Shown: in pieces, positions 1 through 7,285 of the stretch
How the letters are laid out: the number at the start of each line of letters is the position of its first letter
How positions within the stretch are numbered: the first letter of the stretch is position 1
Origin: Phycisphaerales bacterium
Lineage (GTDB): Bacteria; Planctomycetota; Phycisphaerae; Phycisphaerales; SM1A02
Length of the DNA stretch: 38,236 nt
Direction of reading: 5' to 3'
Assembly (NCBI GenBank): GCA_044234825.1
Contig: JBIIIL010000001.1
Location: 1-38,236 of the forward strand
Position numbers and translations under genes: made by a program
The notes under the pieces: model-generated
Told to the model about the DNA's origin: nothing
The model's database searches: none
What the model saw: only the letters and a program-made list of their open reading frames with translations

Positions 1-2
1 GG

Positions 3-1043
3 CTTGCGCGACTCGACCGCACCGGAGTGCCGGGGCTTGCCGCGCTGGCGAGGGCATGCGGCATTCGACCGGGCAGCGAGGTCGACGTGGAGAAGGTCCA
101 GTTCTCGGTCGGGCCGGTCCTCAACGCCAGCGGTCGCATCGGCGACGCGAACGCGGCCGTCGAGCTGCTCTCGATGCCCGCAGAGCGCGGCAGCGGATTC
201 CGGGCCTTCGGCGAGCCTTCGCCGGAAGTGCTGGCGCGCGTCACCGCGCTCGCCGCGTCGTTCGTGGCGATGAATGACCGGCGCAAGGAGCTCGAGCGGA
301 TGGTGCACCAGCGTGCCGTCGAGCGCGTCGAGCGCGAGGGCATCGGGGCCTCGCGTGGCGCCGTCGTGCTCGCCGATGCCGCATGGCCTCGCGGCATCGT
401 GGGCATCGCCAGCGCGCGTGTCGTGGAGCGCACCGGACTGCCGAGCGTCCTGCTCTCCATCGAGGACGGCGTCTGCCAGGGCTCCGCACGCAGCATCGAG
501 GGCTACTCGATCCTCGAGGGGCTCAATGCCTGCGCGCCGCACCTGCTTCGCTGGGGTGGCCATGCCGCGGCTGCGGGAGTGGCGCTGCATGCGTCATCGC
601 TGGGCGCCTTCCGCGAGGCGCTCTCCGATCACGCGGCCTCGCACATCGGCGCCGCTCCGCCCCGTCTGCATGCGATCGACTGCACTGCGGGCGCCGGGGA
701 TCTCGATGAGCGCACCATCCGGTCCCTCGGCAGGATGGGTCCGTTCGGCCACGGATGGCCTGTGCCGACCGTGCTCGTCGCGCGGGTCCGTGTGGTCGGC
801 CGCCCGCGTGCGTTCGGCCGCGAGCGGGAGCACGCCGAGTTCGTCGCATCCGTCGAAGGTGCCGAGCGCCGCGAGCTGCGGTGCGTCTGGTGGCGGCAGG
901 CCGCGCAGCTCGCGCGCCTCTCCGAGGGACTCGTGCTCGACCTCGTCGCCGAGCTCAAGGTCGACGGCTTCCGCGGCATCTTTGCCCGCGTGCGCGACGT
1001 CGCCGAGCCGGCCGCTACAGCAGCAGGCGCTCGCCTGCGCTGA
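3..1043 (+). CDS. recJ: Single-stranded-DNA-specific exonuclease RecJ, C-terminal part (5' end outside window)
   Basis: The reading frame is open to the window edge. The translation has GPVLNASGRIGD (RecJ/DHH-family loop) and the DHHA1 motif GGHAAAAG, followed by a RecJ-type C-terminal region. Confidence 0.85.
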   Translation, partial: LARLDRTGVPGLAALARACGIRPGSEVDVEKVQFSVGPVLNASGRIGDANAAVELLSMPAERGSGFRAFGEPSPEVLARVTALAASFVAMNDRRKELERMVHQRAVERVEREGIGASRGAVVLADAAWPRGIVGIASARVVERTGLPSVLLSIEDGVCQGSARSIEGYSILEGLNACAPHLLRWGGHAAAAGVALHASSLGAFREALSDHAASHIGAAPPRLHAIDCTAGAGDLDERTIRSLGRMGPFGHGWPVPTVLVARVRVVGRPRAFGREREHAEFVASVEGAERRELRCVWWRQAAQLARLSEGLVLDLVAELKVDGFRGIFARVRDVAEPAATAAGARLR

Positions 1044-2460
1044 CCTCGCCCGGGACGCGGTCAGCGGGCAGCTCACCTGCATCGCAGGCCGTGCGGGGGG
1101 AGATCTCGATCTCGCAGCGCAGCGCACCGGAGGCGTCCCGCGCCACTCGCGTCCCGCGCGACTCGAGCCAGCGCGCGGCGCGTTCGAGCTGGGCACTCCG
1201 GCTCGATGCGGGCGAGTCCTCCCCCTCCGCGTTCTTGATCGGGGCGAACTCCTCAGCGCGGTCCGTCTCGAGCACCAGCGCCTTGCGCGCCAGCGGGACG
1301 GCGTCAAAGATGAATGTCTCCAGCTTCACCGCGTTCGGCGACTGCGGATCGACCATTCGCCCGTCGGGGACCGTGATGTGAGGGACCCTCTTGGCGGCGT
1401 GATGAAGGGGCAGGGCGCCCGCGCCCTCGGCGATCCGCGAGAGGAAGGGAACCCCGAACGCATGGATCGCGATCGATCCAGCCGCGAAGCGCAGCGCCCC
1501 GTCCGGACCGACGCTCGACGCAAGCCCCGCAGGCAGGTCGCTGTACTCGACCACCATCGTGCGTCCTCCGCACGTGCAGAAGACGCCGACCTTCTCGGCT
1601 GCATTGCGCTTGGGGACGACCTTGCTCGAGGCCTCGGCGGAGCTTGCCGGGTGCTCGGCGTGCAGGCCGATGAACAGCGGGTCCACCACGCGCACCAGCG
1701 GGTTGTCGACCTGGAACATGCTCAGCGTGTCGACGCCCTCGCGCCGCATCTGCTCGAGCGCGCCGCCGTCTCGGAGCGCGCGCACTGCGCCGCCGTGGCC
1801 ATCGGGATTCACGGCGATGGAGGACTCCGAGGCCAGCAGCATCCGCCCATCGCGCGACAGCGAGGGAAGGGTGCCTTGGGGGATGAGCGTGACCGTGTCC
1901 GCGCCGAGGCCGAACCACGAGTGCGCGGCGAGGAACTCGTGCGTCTGCGCATGGTTGAGCGGGCTTGTCATGACGTACCAGCGCACCATCGCGCGGTGGC
2001 GCGCGCGCGCGGCGGCAATGCCCTCGGCGAACACCTGGAACAGCGACTTCGAGGTCAGCGGCGTCGCGGGGAACATCCCCTTGGGGCCATCCCAGCCGAG
2101 CCGCGTGCCCTGGCCGCCTGCCACGGTGAAGCAGGCCACGCGTCCCTCGCCGATGATGCGCGCGCCGATCCCGGACCAGTGGCGCGCGTCGATGTCGCGC
2201 CGCCGGAGGACCGGCGCAGGCTCGAGGTCCCCGGGCACTGCCTCCGCCGATGCGCGGTCGCCGCGAATGGCGCGCGCCTCGCGGTCGACCACGTCAAGCG
2301 GGATGGACTCGATCTGGGTGAGCAGGGCGTCGCGCGCTGCATCATCAAGCCTGGCCCAGAACGCGAGCGCGTGCTCCTGCCCGACCGGGCGCAGCCGCTC
2401 GGCGACCGCAGCGTGCCGTGCCGCAAGGGATCCCGCGCTGCTGGTGCCCGGTCCGCTCAT
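1015..2460 (-). CDS. UDP-sugar / UDP-N-acetylglucosamine pyrophosphorylase (UDPGP/UAP1 family)
   Basis: 481-aa ORF with the nucleotide-binding loop FTVAGGQGTRLGWDGPKGMF, WYVMTS, and DGHGG, all typical of the UDPGP family. The ATG at 2460 overlaps the phoU stop (ATGA). Confidence 0.85.
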   Translation of the reverse strand: MSGPGTSSAGSLAARHAAVAERLRPVGQEHALAFWARLDDAARDALLTQIESIPLDVVDREARAIRGDRASAEAVPGDLEPAPVLRRRDIDARHWSGIGARIIGEGRVACFTVAGGQGTRLGWDGPKGMFPATPLTSKSLFQVFAEGIAAARARHRAMVRWYVMTSPLNHAQTHEFLAAHSWFGLGADTVTLIPQGTLPSLSRDGRMLLASESSIAVNPDGHGGAVRALRDGGALEQMRREGVDTLSMFQVDNPLVRVVDPLFIGLHAEHPASSAEASSKVVPKRNAAEKVGVFCTCGGRTMVVEYSDLPAGLASSVGPDGALRFAAGSIAIHAFGVPFLSRIAEGAGALPLHHAAKRVPHITVPDGRMVDPQSPNAVKLETFIFDAVPLARKALVLETDRAEEFAPIKNAEGEDSPASSRSAQLERAARWLESRGTRVARDASGALRCEIEISPRTACDAGELPADRVPGEVSAGERLLL

Positions 2461-3137
2461 TCCGACGGCTCGACGGGCTCCGACCAGCCTTCAGGCTGGT
2501 GTCGAACGATCTTGCCCGTCCTCAGGTAGATGACCTGCTCGCAGATGTTGGTCGCATGGTCCGCGACGCGCTCGAGGCTCCGCGTCACGCCCGAGAGCCG
2601 GAACGCGAACTGCACGCCGAATGTGCCCAGGGCCACCTGCTCCTGGGCATTGAGGAGAAGCTCGTTGCGGAAGCGATCCACGGTGTCGTCGAAGAGCAGC
2701 ACCTGCCGCGCGAGCGCCGGATCCCGCGTCGCGAGCGCCTTGATCGCATCCCGGAGCATCCCGAGCACGCTGTTGGCCATCACGCGGAATGTGGGCGGCA
2801 CGCGCTCGGAGGTCCGCTCGTGGCCGATCACCTGCTCGGCGACGTTCACGCCGCAGTCCGCGATGCGCTCGAGCTCGTTGTTGACCTTGACGATGGTGAG
2901 GACCGACCGGATGCCGTGCTCGCTCCGCTCGCCGAGGCCAAGCAGCGGGATCGATGTGCGCTCGATCTCGACGTCGACCTGGTCCACGAGGTCATCATCG
3001 GCGACCACGCGCCGCGCCTTGTCCTGGTCGTGCTCGAAGTACGCCTCGACCGCGCGCGTCAGGAGGTCGAGCACCCGGCCGCCCTGCGCCACCAGGTCTG
3101 CCTCGAGCTGCTCGAGCTGACGTGCGAAGTCGGACAT
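2457..3137 (-). CDS. phoU: Phosphate signalling/transport regulator PhoU
   Basis: 226 aa starting at MSDFARQ (ATG at 3137). There are two PhoU repeats, each with an E..RIADxxxNI(A/C)E motif (ELERIADCGVNVAEQ and SLERVADHATNICEQ). The longer 497-aa ORF in the track is an artefactual upstream extension antisense to pdxJ. Confidence 0.9.
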   Translation of the reverse strand: MSDFARQLEQLEADLVAQGGRVLDLLTRAVEAYFEHDQDKARRVVADDDLVDQVDVEIERTSIPLLGLGERSEHGIRSVLTIVKVNNELERIADCGVNVAEQVIGHERTSERVPPTFRVMANSVLGMLRDAIKALATRDPALARQVLLFDDTVDRFRNELLLNAQEQVALGTFGVQFAFRLSGVTRSLERVADHATNICEQVIYLRTGKIVRHQPEGWSEPVEPSE

Positions 3138-3146
3138 GAAGCCATC

Positions 3147-3152
3147 TAGGAT
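3147..3152 (+). promoter_or_regulatory. -10-like TAGGAT, 6 nt upstream of pdxJ ATG (leaderless-type promoter)
   Basis: The sequence ctaggat-agcccc-ATG has no purine-rich SD. It sits in the 21-nt divergent gap between phoU and pdxJ. Confidence 0.45.
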
Positions 3153-3158
3153 AGCCCC

Positions 3159-3899
3159 ATGCCTCTCCTGAGCGTGAACATCGACCACGTGGCGACCGTG
3201 AGGCAGGCCCGGCGCACGTGGGAGCCGGATCCGATCGAGGCCGCGCTCGAGGCGCAGCGCGGCGGCGCCGACGGCATCACGGTGCACCTGCGCGAGGACC
3301 GGCGCCACATCCAGGATTCCGACGTGGAGCGCCTGCGCGGCGCGGTGTCGGTGCCGCTGCACCTCGAGATGGCGGTCACCGTCGAGATGGTCGCGATCGC
3401 GCGTCGCATCCGCCCTGCGACGGCCATGCTGGTGCCCGAAGGCCGGCTCGAGATCACCACCGAGGGCGGGCTCGACGTCATCGGCAGCGAGTCGCGGGTG
3501 CGCGATGCGATCGCGGCACTCGCGGATGCGGGCATCCCGTGCAGCATCTTCATCGATGCGGACTTGCGGCAGGTCGAGGCTGCCTCGCGCGTCGGGGCGC
3601 GCATCAGCGAGGTGCACACCGGCCCGTATGCGCACGCAGTGCACGCGGAGGGCGGTCTCGGCGCCCGGGCGAGCGGAGAGCTCGCGAGAGTCCGCGCGGC
3701 GGGGGAGGCGATAGCCGCCGCGGGCATGCGCTTCAATGCCGGCCACGCGCTGCACTACGAGAACGTGGCGCATGTCGCGTCGCTGCCGGGGCTGCACGAG
3801 CTGCACATCGGCCATGCCATCGTGAGCAGGGCGGTGATCGCCGGGATGCGCACGGCAGTCTCGCAGATGCGCGACGCGATGGGCACCGTGCGCGGATGA
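3159..3899 (+). CDS. pdxJ: Pyridoxine 5'-phosphate synthase
   Basis: LSVNIDHVATVRQAR, GITVHLREDRRHI, EVHTGPYA and NAGHAL are hallmark PdxJ blocks over a full-length 246 aa. Confidence 0.95.
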   Translation: MPLLSVNIDHVATVRQARRTWEPDPIEAALEAQRGGADGITVHLREDRRHIQDSDVERLRGAVSVPLHLEMAVTVEMVAIARRIRPATAMLVPEGRLEITTEGGLDVIGSESRVRDAIAALADAGIPCSIFIDADLRQVEAASRVGARISEVHTGPYAHAVHAEGGLGARASGELARVRAAGEAIAAAGMRFNAGHALHYENVAHVASLPGLHELHIGHAIVSRAVIAGMRTAVSQMRDAMGTVRG

Positions 3900-3927
3900 C
3901 CGCACGGATCGGGCCGCCGGCCCGCTG

Positions 3928-3933
3928 TAGGAT
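3928..3933 (+). promoter_or_regulatory. -10-like TAGGAT, 7 nt upstream of dapA ATG
   Basis: The sequence gtaggat-ccgccgg-ATG uses the same hexamer as upstream of pdxJ and the giant gene. Confidence 0.45.
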
Positions 3934-3940
3934 CCGCCGG

Positions 3941-4879
3941 ATGCACGCACGGATTCGCGTCGTCGGCGCCCACACCGCCATCGTCACGCCCTTCTCGGAC
4001 GACGGATCGTCCGTCGACCTCGCGAGGCTCGACGCGCAGGTCCTGAGGCAGTGCGAAGCGGGCGTGACGAGCGTCGTGCCGTGCGGCACGACCGGCGAGG
4101 CGCCCACCCTCGAGGAGCATGAGCATCTGGCGGTCGTCGAGCGCGCCGCCGCGGTCGCGCGTGCGCGCAGCGTGCAGGTGATCGCGGGCGCGGGCTCCAA
4201 CAGCACGGCCCATGCGGTGCGCATGCACCGCGCCGTGGCCGCGCACGGCGCCGACGCTGCACTGCATGTCGCGCCGTACTACAACAAGCCCTCGCAGGAG
4301 GGCATCTACCGCCACTTCATGACGGTCGCCGACTCGAGCGACCTGCCTGTCGTGCTCTACTCGATCCCGGGCCGGTGCGGCGTCGCGATACTCCCGGAGA
4401 CCGTCGAGCGCCTGGGCGCGCATCCCAACATCGTGGCGATCAAGGAAGCCACCGGATCGCTCGATTCCGCGAGCGAGATCCGCCGGCGCTGCGCCCTGCC
4501 GATCCTGTCGGGCGACGACAGCCTGACCATCGGGTTCGCCTCGGTGGGCGCGGTCGGCGTGGTCAGCGTGATCTCCAACATCGCGCCGGCGCGCGTCAGC
4601 GCGATGTGCACCGCGCTCGCGGCGAACGACCTCGCGTCGGCGCGCCAGATCCACGAGTCCCTCTATCCGCTGGCCCGCGGGCTGCTCTCGATCGACACGA
4701 ACCCGGTGCCCGTCAAGTGCGCGCTCGAGCTCATGGGACTCGACAGCGGCGCGGTGCGGCTTCCGCTCGTGCGCGCGTCGGAGCACGCGCGCGCGCAGGT
4801 TCGCGCGCTCCTGGCGCACAGCCGGGGTTCGCTCGATGCGCCCGCATCGCCGTCCCGCGCCGCCACCGCTGTCGCCTGA
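3941..4879 (+). CDS. dapA: 4-hydroxy-tetrahydrodipicolinate synthase
   Basis: 312 aa from the ATG at 3941. Motifs: TAIVTPF, CGTTGE, YYNKPSQEG, and VAIKEATG (Schiff-base Lys). The upstream part of the 553-aa track ORF overlaps pdxJ out of frame and is rejected. Confidence 0.95.
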   Translation: MHARIRVVGAHTAIVTPFSDDGSSVDLARLDAQVLRQCEAGVTSVVPCGTTGEAPTLEEHEHLAVVERAAAVARARSVQVIAGAGSNSTAHAVRMHRAVAAHGADAALHVAPYYNKPSQEGIYRHFMTVADSSDLPVVLYSIPGRCGVAILPETVERLGAHPNIVAIKEATGSLDSASEIRRRCALPILSGDDSLTIGFASVGAVGVVSVISNIAPARVSAMCTALAANDLASARQIHESLYPLARGLLSIDTNPVPVKCALELMGLDSGAVRLPLVRASEHARAQVRALLAHSRGSLDAPASPSRAATAVA

Positions 4880-4885
4880 GGCTCC

Positions 4886-5443
4886 ATGTCAGACCTCGAC
4901 CACCCTCGGTACGAGACTGCGTCGCTGCCCTACCGCGTGGCGGTCCTGTGCTACCTGTGGGACTCGGAGGATCGGCTCCTCCTGCTGCACAGGCGCAAGC
5001 AGCCCAACGCGGGAATGCACTCGCCGGTGGGCGGCAAGGTGGAGATCGCGCGCGGCGAGTCGCCGCACGAGTGCGCGCTGCGCGAGGCGCACGAGGAGAC
5101 CGGCGTTCAGCTGCAGCGCGGCGAGATGCGGCTGTTCGGGATGGTGGCCGAGCGTGCGTATGCCGGGCAGCACCACTGGCTGCTCTTCCTGTTCGAGTGC
5201 ACCCGTCCGGTCCGCCACGAGGAGCTCGGCGCCACAGACATGGACGAGGGGCAGCTGATCTGGGTGCCCACCGCCGAAGTGGCCAGCGTCCGGATCCCCG
5301 ACACTGACCGCCAGTTCATGTGGCCTCAGGTCCTCCGCCACCGCCGCGGCGGCTTCTTCGTGCTGGACATCGACTGCTCGGTGCAGCCGCACGCGCAGCA
5401 GCTCATGGAGAGCCGGATCCCGGCGGTCACTCCGGGAGGGTGA
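4886..5443 (+). CDS. NUDIX family hydrolase
   Basis: Nudix box GGKVEIARGESPHECALREAHEETGV (GX5EX7REUXEEXGU) in a 185-aa ORF 6 nt downstream of dapA. Confidence 0.85.
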   Translation: MSDLDHPRYETASLPYRVAVLCYLWDSEDRLLLLHRRKQPNAGMHSPVGGKVEIARGESPHECALREAHEETGVQLQRGEMRLFGMVAERAYAGQHHWLLFLFECTRPVRHEELGATDMDEGQLIWVPTAEVASVRIPDTDRQFMWPQVLRHRRGGFFVLDIDCSVQPHAQQLMESRIPAVTPGG

Positions 5444-6872
5444 GGCCCGCGGATGCGGCGCATCCGCGCGCCAGCCGCAGCGCGTCGTCAGGCGTGCGGC
5501 CCTCGGCGATGATGCGCATGATCGGCTCGGTGTTGGAGGCGCGGAAGTGCACCCACCCCTCCGGCACGTCGATCCTGACCCCGTCGAGCTCGCTCACCGA
5601 CGCGGCGGCCTGCGCCGCGTGCGCATCGGCCACCTTGCGAAGCAGCCCAGGCACCGCGGCGATCCCGCCCACCGCGCTGAGGTCGAGCGTGCGCTTGACC
5701 ATCGCATACCGGGGCAGCTCCGCCACGAGCTGCGAGAGCGCCTTGCGCTCGGCGGCCATGAGCTCGAGCACAAGCGCCATCGCCGACAGCGAGTCGCGCA
5801 CGAGGCACACGGCAGGCCAGATCACGCCGCCGTTGCCCTCGCCGCCGAGGGTGGCTCCAGCGGCGCGCATGGCGGCGACCACGTTCGCCTCGCCGACAGC
5901 CGATCGGGTCACTCGCGCACCGGGCACCGCCGCAGCGATGTCATCGATCATGCGGCTCGTGGAGAGGTTCGCCGCCAGCGCCACAGCCCCGCTGCGCGCG
6001 AGGATCCGGCGCGCGCACAGCGCGAGCGTGCACTCCTCGCCGATGTAGCGGCCGCGCTCGTCGATGATCGCGAGGCGGTCGGCGTCGGGGTCCTGCGCGA
6101 ATCCCACGAGCGGCAGCGCTGCCGTGCCCATGCGCGCGGCACGCTCGCCGACCGCGGCCGCGAGGCCCGCAAGGTTGCGCTCGGTCGGCTCGGGCACATG
6201 CGCAAAGGTGCCGGTGCGCTCGCCGTTGAGGTGCACGAGGTCGCAGCCGAGCGCCTCGAGCAGCATGCGTCCCGACGACGCTCCGCCGCCGTTGACGCTG
6301 TCGAGGGTGACCGCGATGCGCGCGCCAGCGATGGAGGCCACGTTGACCTGCGAGAGCACGCGGTCCACATGCGTACGGTCGGCGCCGCTCACCGCCGTCA
6401 GGTCGCCTCCGCGCGAATGCCCGCGCTCCCACGCGAGATCTCCCGACCGGAATCGGGCGATGATGCGGCCCGCAGCCTCGGGCGGCGGCGCAAGCCCGTC
6501 GCGGTCGAGCGCCTTCAGGCCGTTCCACTCGATCGGGTTGTGGCTGGCGGTGCACATGAGCCCGCCATGCGCGCCGAGCGCGCCGATCATCACGGCCACC
6601 GTCGGCGTGGCGCAGATCCCGATGTCCGCGACATCGCATCCGCATGCGCGCAGGCCCGCGATCGCGGCCGGCGCGATCCACTCGCCCGATGCGCGCCCGT
6701 CGCGGCCAACGACCACCTTCGGCCTCGAGCCCGCCGTCACCGCGGCGCGGAGCTCCGTGCCGACCGCAGCGCCGAACCGGGCGGCGGTCTCGGCCGTCAT
6801 GGTGACGCCGGCGATGCCGCGGGCTCCGGACACGGACAGCATCAGGGGCGCCTCTGCGGTCTGCGCGGACAT
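5427..6872 (-). CDS. alpha-D-phosphohexomutase (phosphoglucosamine/phosphomannomutase family)
   Basis: Phosphoserine loop CTASHNPIEWNGLK, metal loop FAQDPDADRLAIID, and sugar loop GGEGNGGVIW in a 481-aa ORF. Confidence 0.85.
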   Translation of the reverse strand: MSAQTAEAPLMLSVSGARGIAGVTMTAETAARFGAAVGTELRAAVTAGSRPKVVVGRDGRASGEWIAPAAIAGLRACGCDVADIGICATPTVAVMIGALGAHGGLMCTASHNPIEWNGLKALDRDGLAPPPEAAGRIIARFRSGDLAWERGHSRGGDLTAVSGADRTHVDRVLSQVNVASIAGARIAVTLDSVNGGGASSGRMLLEALGCDLVHLNGERTGTFAHVPEPTERNLAGLAAAVGERAARMGTAALPLVGFAQDPDADRLAIIDERGRYIGEECTLALCARRILARSGAVALAANLSTSRMIDDIAAAVPGARVTRSAVGEANVVAAMRAAGATLGGEGNGGVIWPAVCLVRDSLSAMALVLELMAAERKALSQLVAELPRYAMVKRTLDLSAVGGIAAVPGLLRKVADAHAAQAAASVSELDGVRIDVPEGWVHFRASNTEPIMRIIAEGRTPDDALRLARGCAASAGLTLPE

Positions 6873-6879
6873 GCGTGGC

Positions 6880-6885
6880 TTTATA
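6880..6885 (-). promoter_or_regulatory. -10-like TATAAA, 7 nt upstream of phosphohexomutase ATG
   Basis: On the minus strand the sequence reads TATAAA-gccacgc-ATG. It lies in an AT-rich island within the 35-nt divergent gap. Confidence 0.4.
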
Positions 6886-6895
6886 TGTGCAGGGC

Positions 6896-6901
6896 TATAC
6901 T
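6896..6901 (+). promoter_or_regulatory. -10-like TATACT, 6 nt upstream of QueD-like ATG 6908
   Basis: The sequence is ctatact-cgcgtc-ATG. Confidence 0.4.
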
Positions 6902-6907
6902 CGCGTC

Positions 6908-7285
6908 ATGTTCGAGCTCGAGATCCGCAGGCGCTTCTCTGCTGCGCATGCGATCCTGATGCGCGGCGTCCGGGAGCCCGTCCACGGCCATGACTGGGAG
7001 GTCACGGTGACCGTCAGCGGCACCGGTCTGGATGGCGATGGGCTCCTCTGCGACTTCCATGCGCTCGAGCGGCAGGTCGACGCCATCGTGAGGCCGATGG
7101 ACTCGAGGCACCTGAACGAGACGCCTCCCTTTGACCGCCTCAATCCGACCGCAGAGCACGTGGCGAAGTTCATCGCGGACACGCTCCTGCCGCAGCTCCC
7201 TCGTGGAGTCCGGGTCGCCTCGGTGCGTGTCACGGAGGCCCCAGGCTGCGCCGCGCGCTTCATCCCCCCCGAGGTGTCGACGTGA
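6908..7285 (+). CDS. 6-carboxy-tetrahydropterin / 6-pyruvoyl-tetrahydropterin synthase family protein (QueD-like, COG0720)
   Basis: RRFSAAH ... VHGHDWEV ... LLCDFHALE ... HLNE blocks match the PTPS/QueD fold. The start is set at ATG 6908 (TATACT lies 6 nt upstream). The track's GTG at 6875 is an alternative start. The canonical Cys of CxxxHGH is Arg here. Confidence 0.75.
   Translation: MFELEIRRRFSAAHAILMRGVREPVHGHDWEVTVTVSGTGLDGDGLLCDFHALERQVDAIVRPMDSRHLNETPPFDRLNPTAEHVAKFIADTLLPQLPRGVRVASVRVTEAPGCAARFIPPEVST

Noticed and set aside
3138-3950. N-terminal extension of phoU to a 497-aa ORF, and the extension of dapA back to 3218 (553 aa).
   Set aside because: Both extensions overlap the well-supported pdxJ gene (antisense or out of frame) and are Arg/Gly/His-rich. 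The conserved PhoU and DapA sequences start at ATG 3137 and ATG 3941 respectively.
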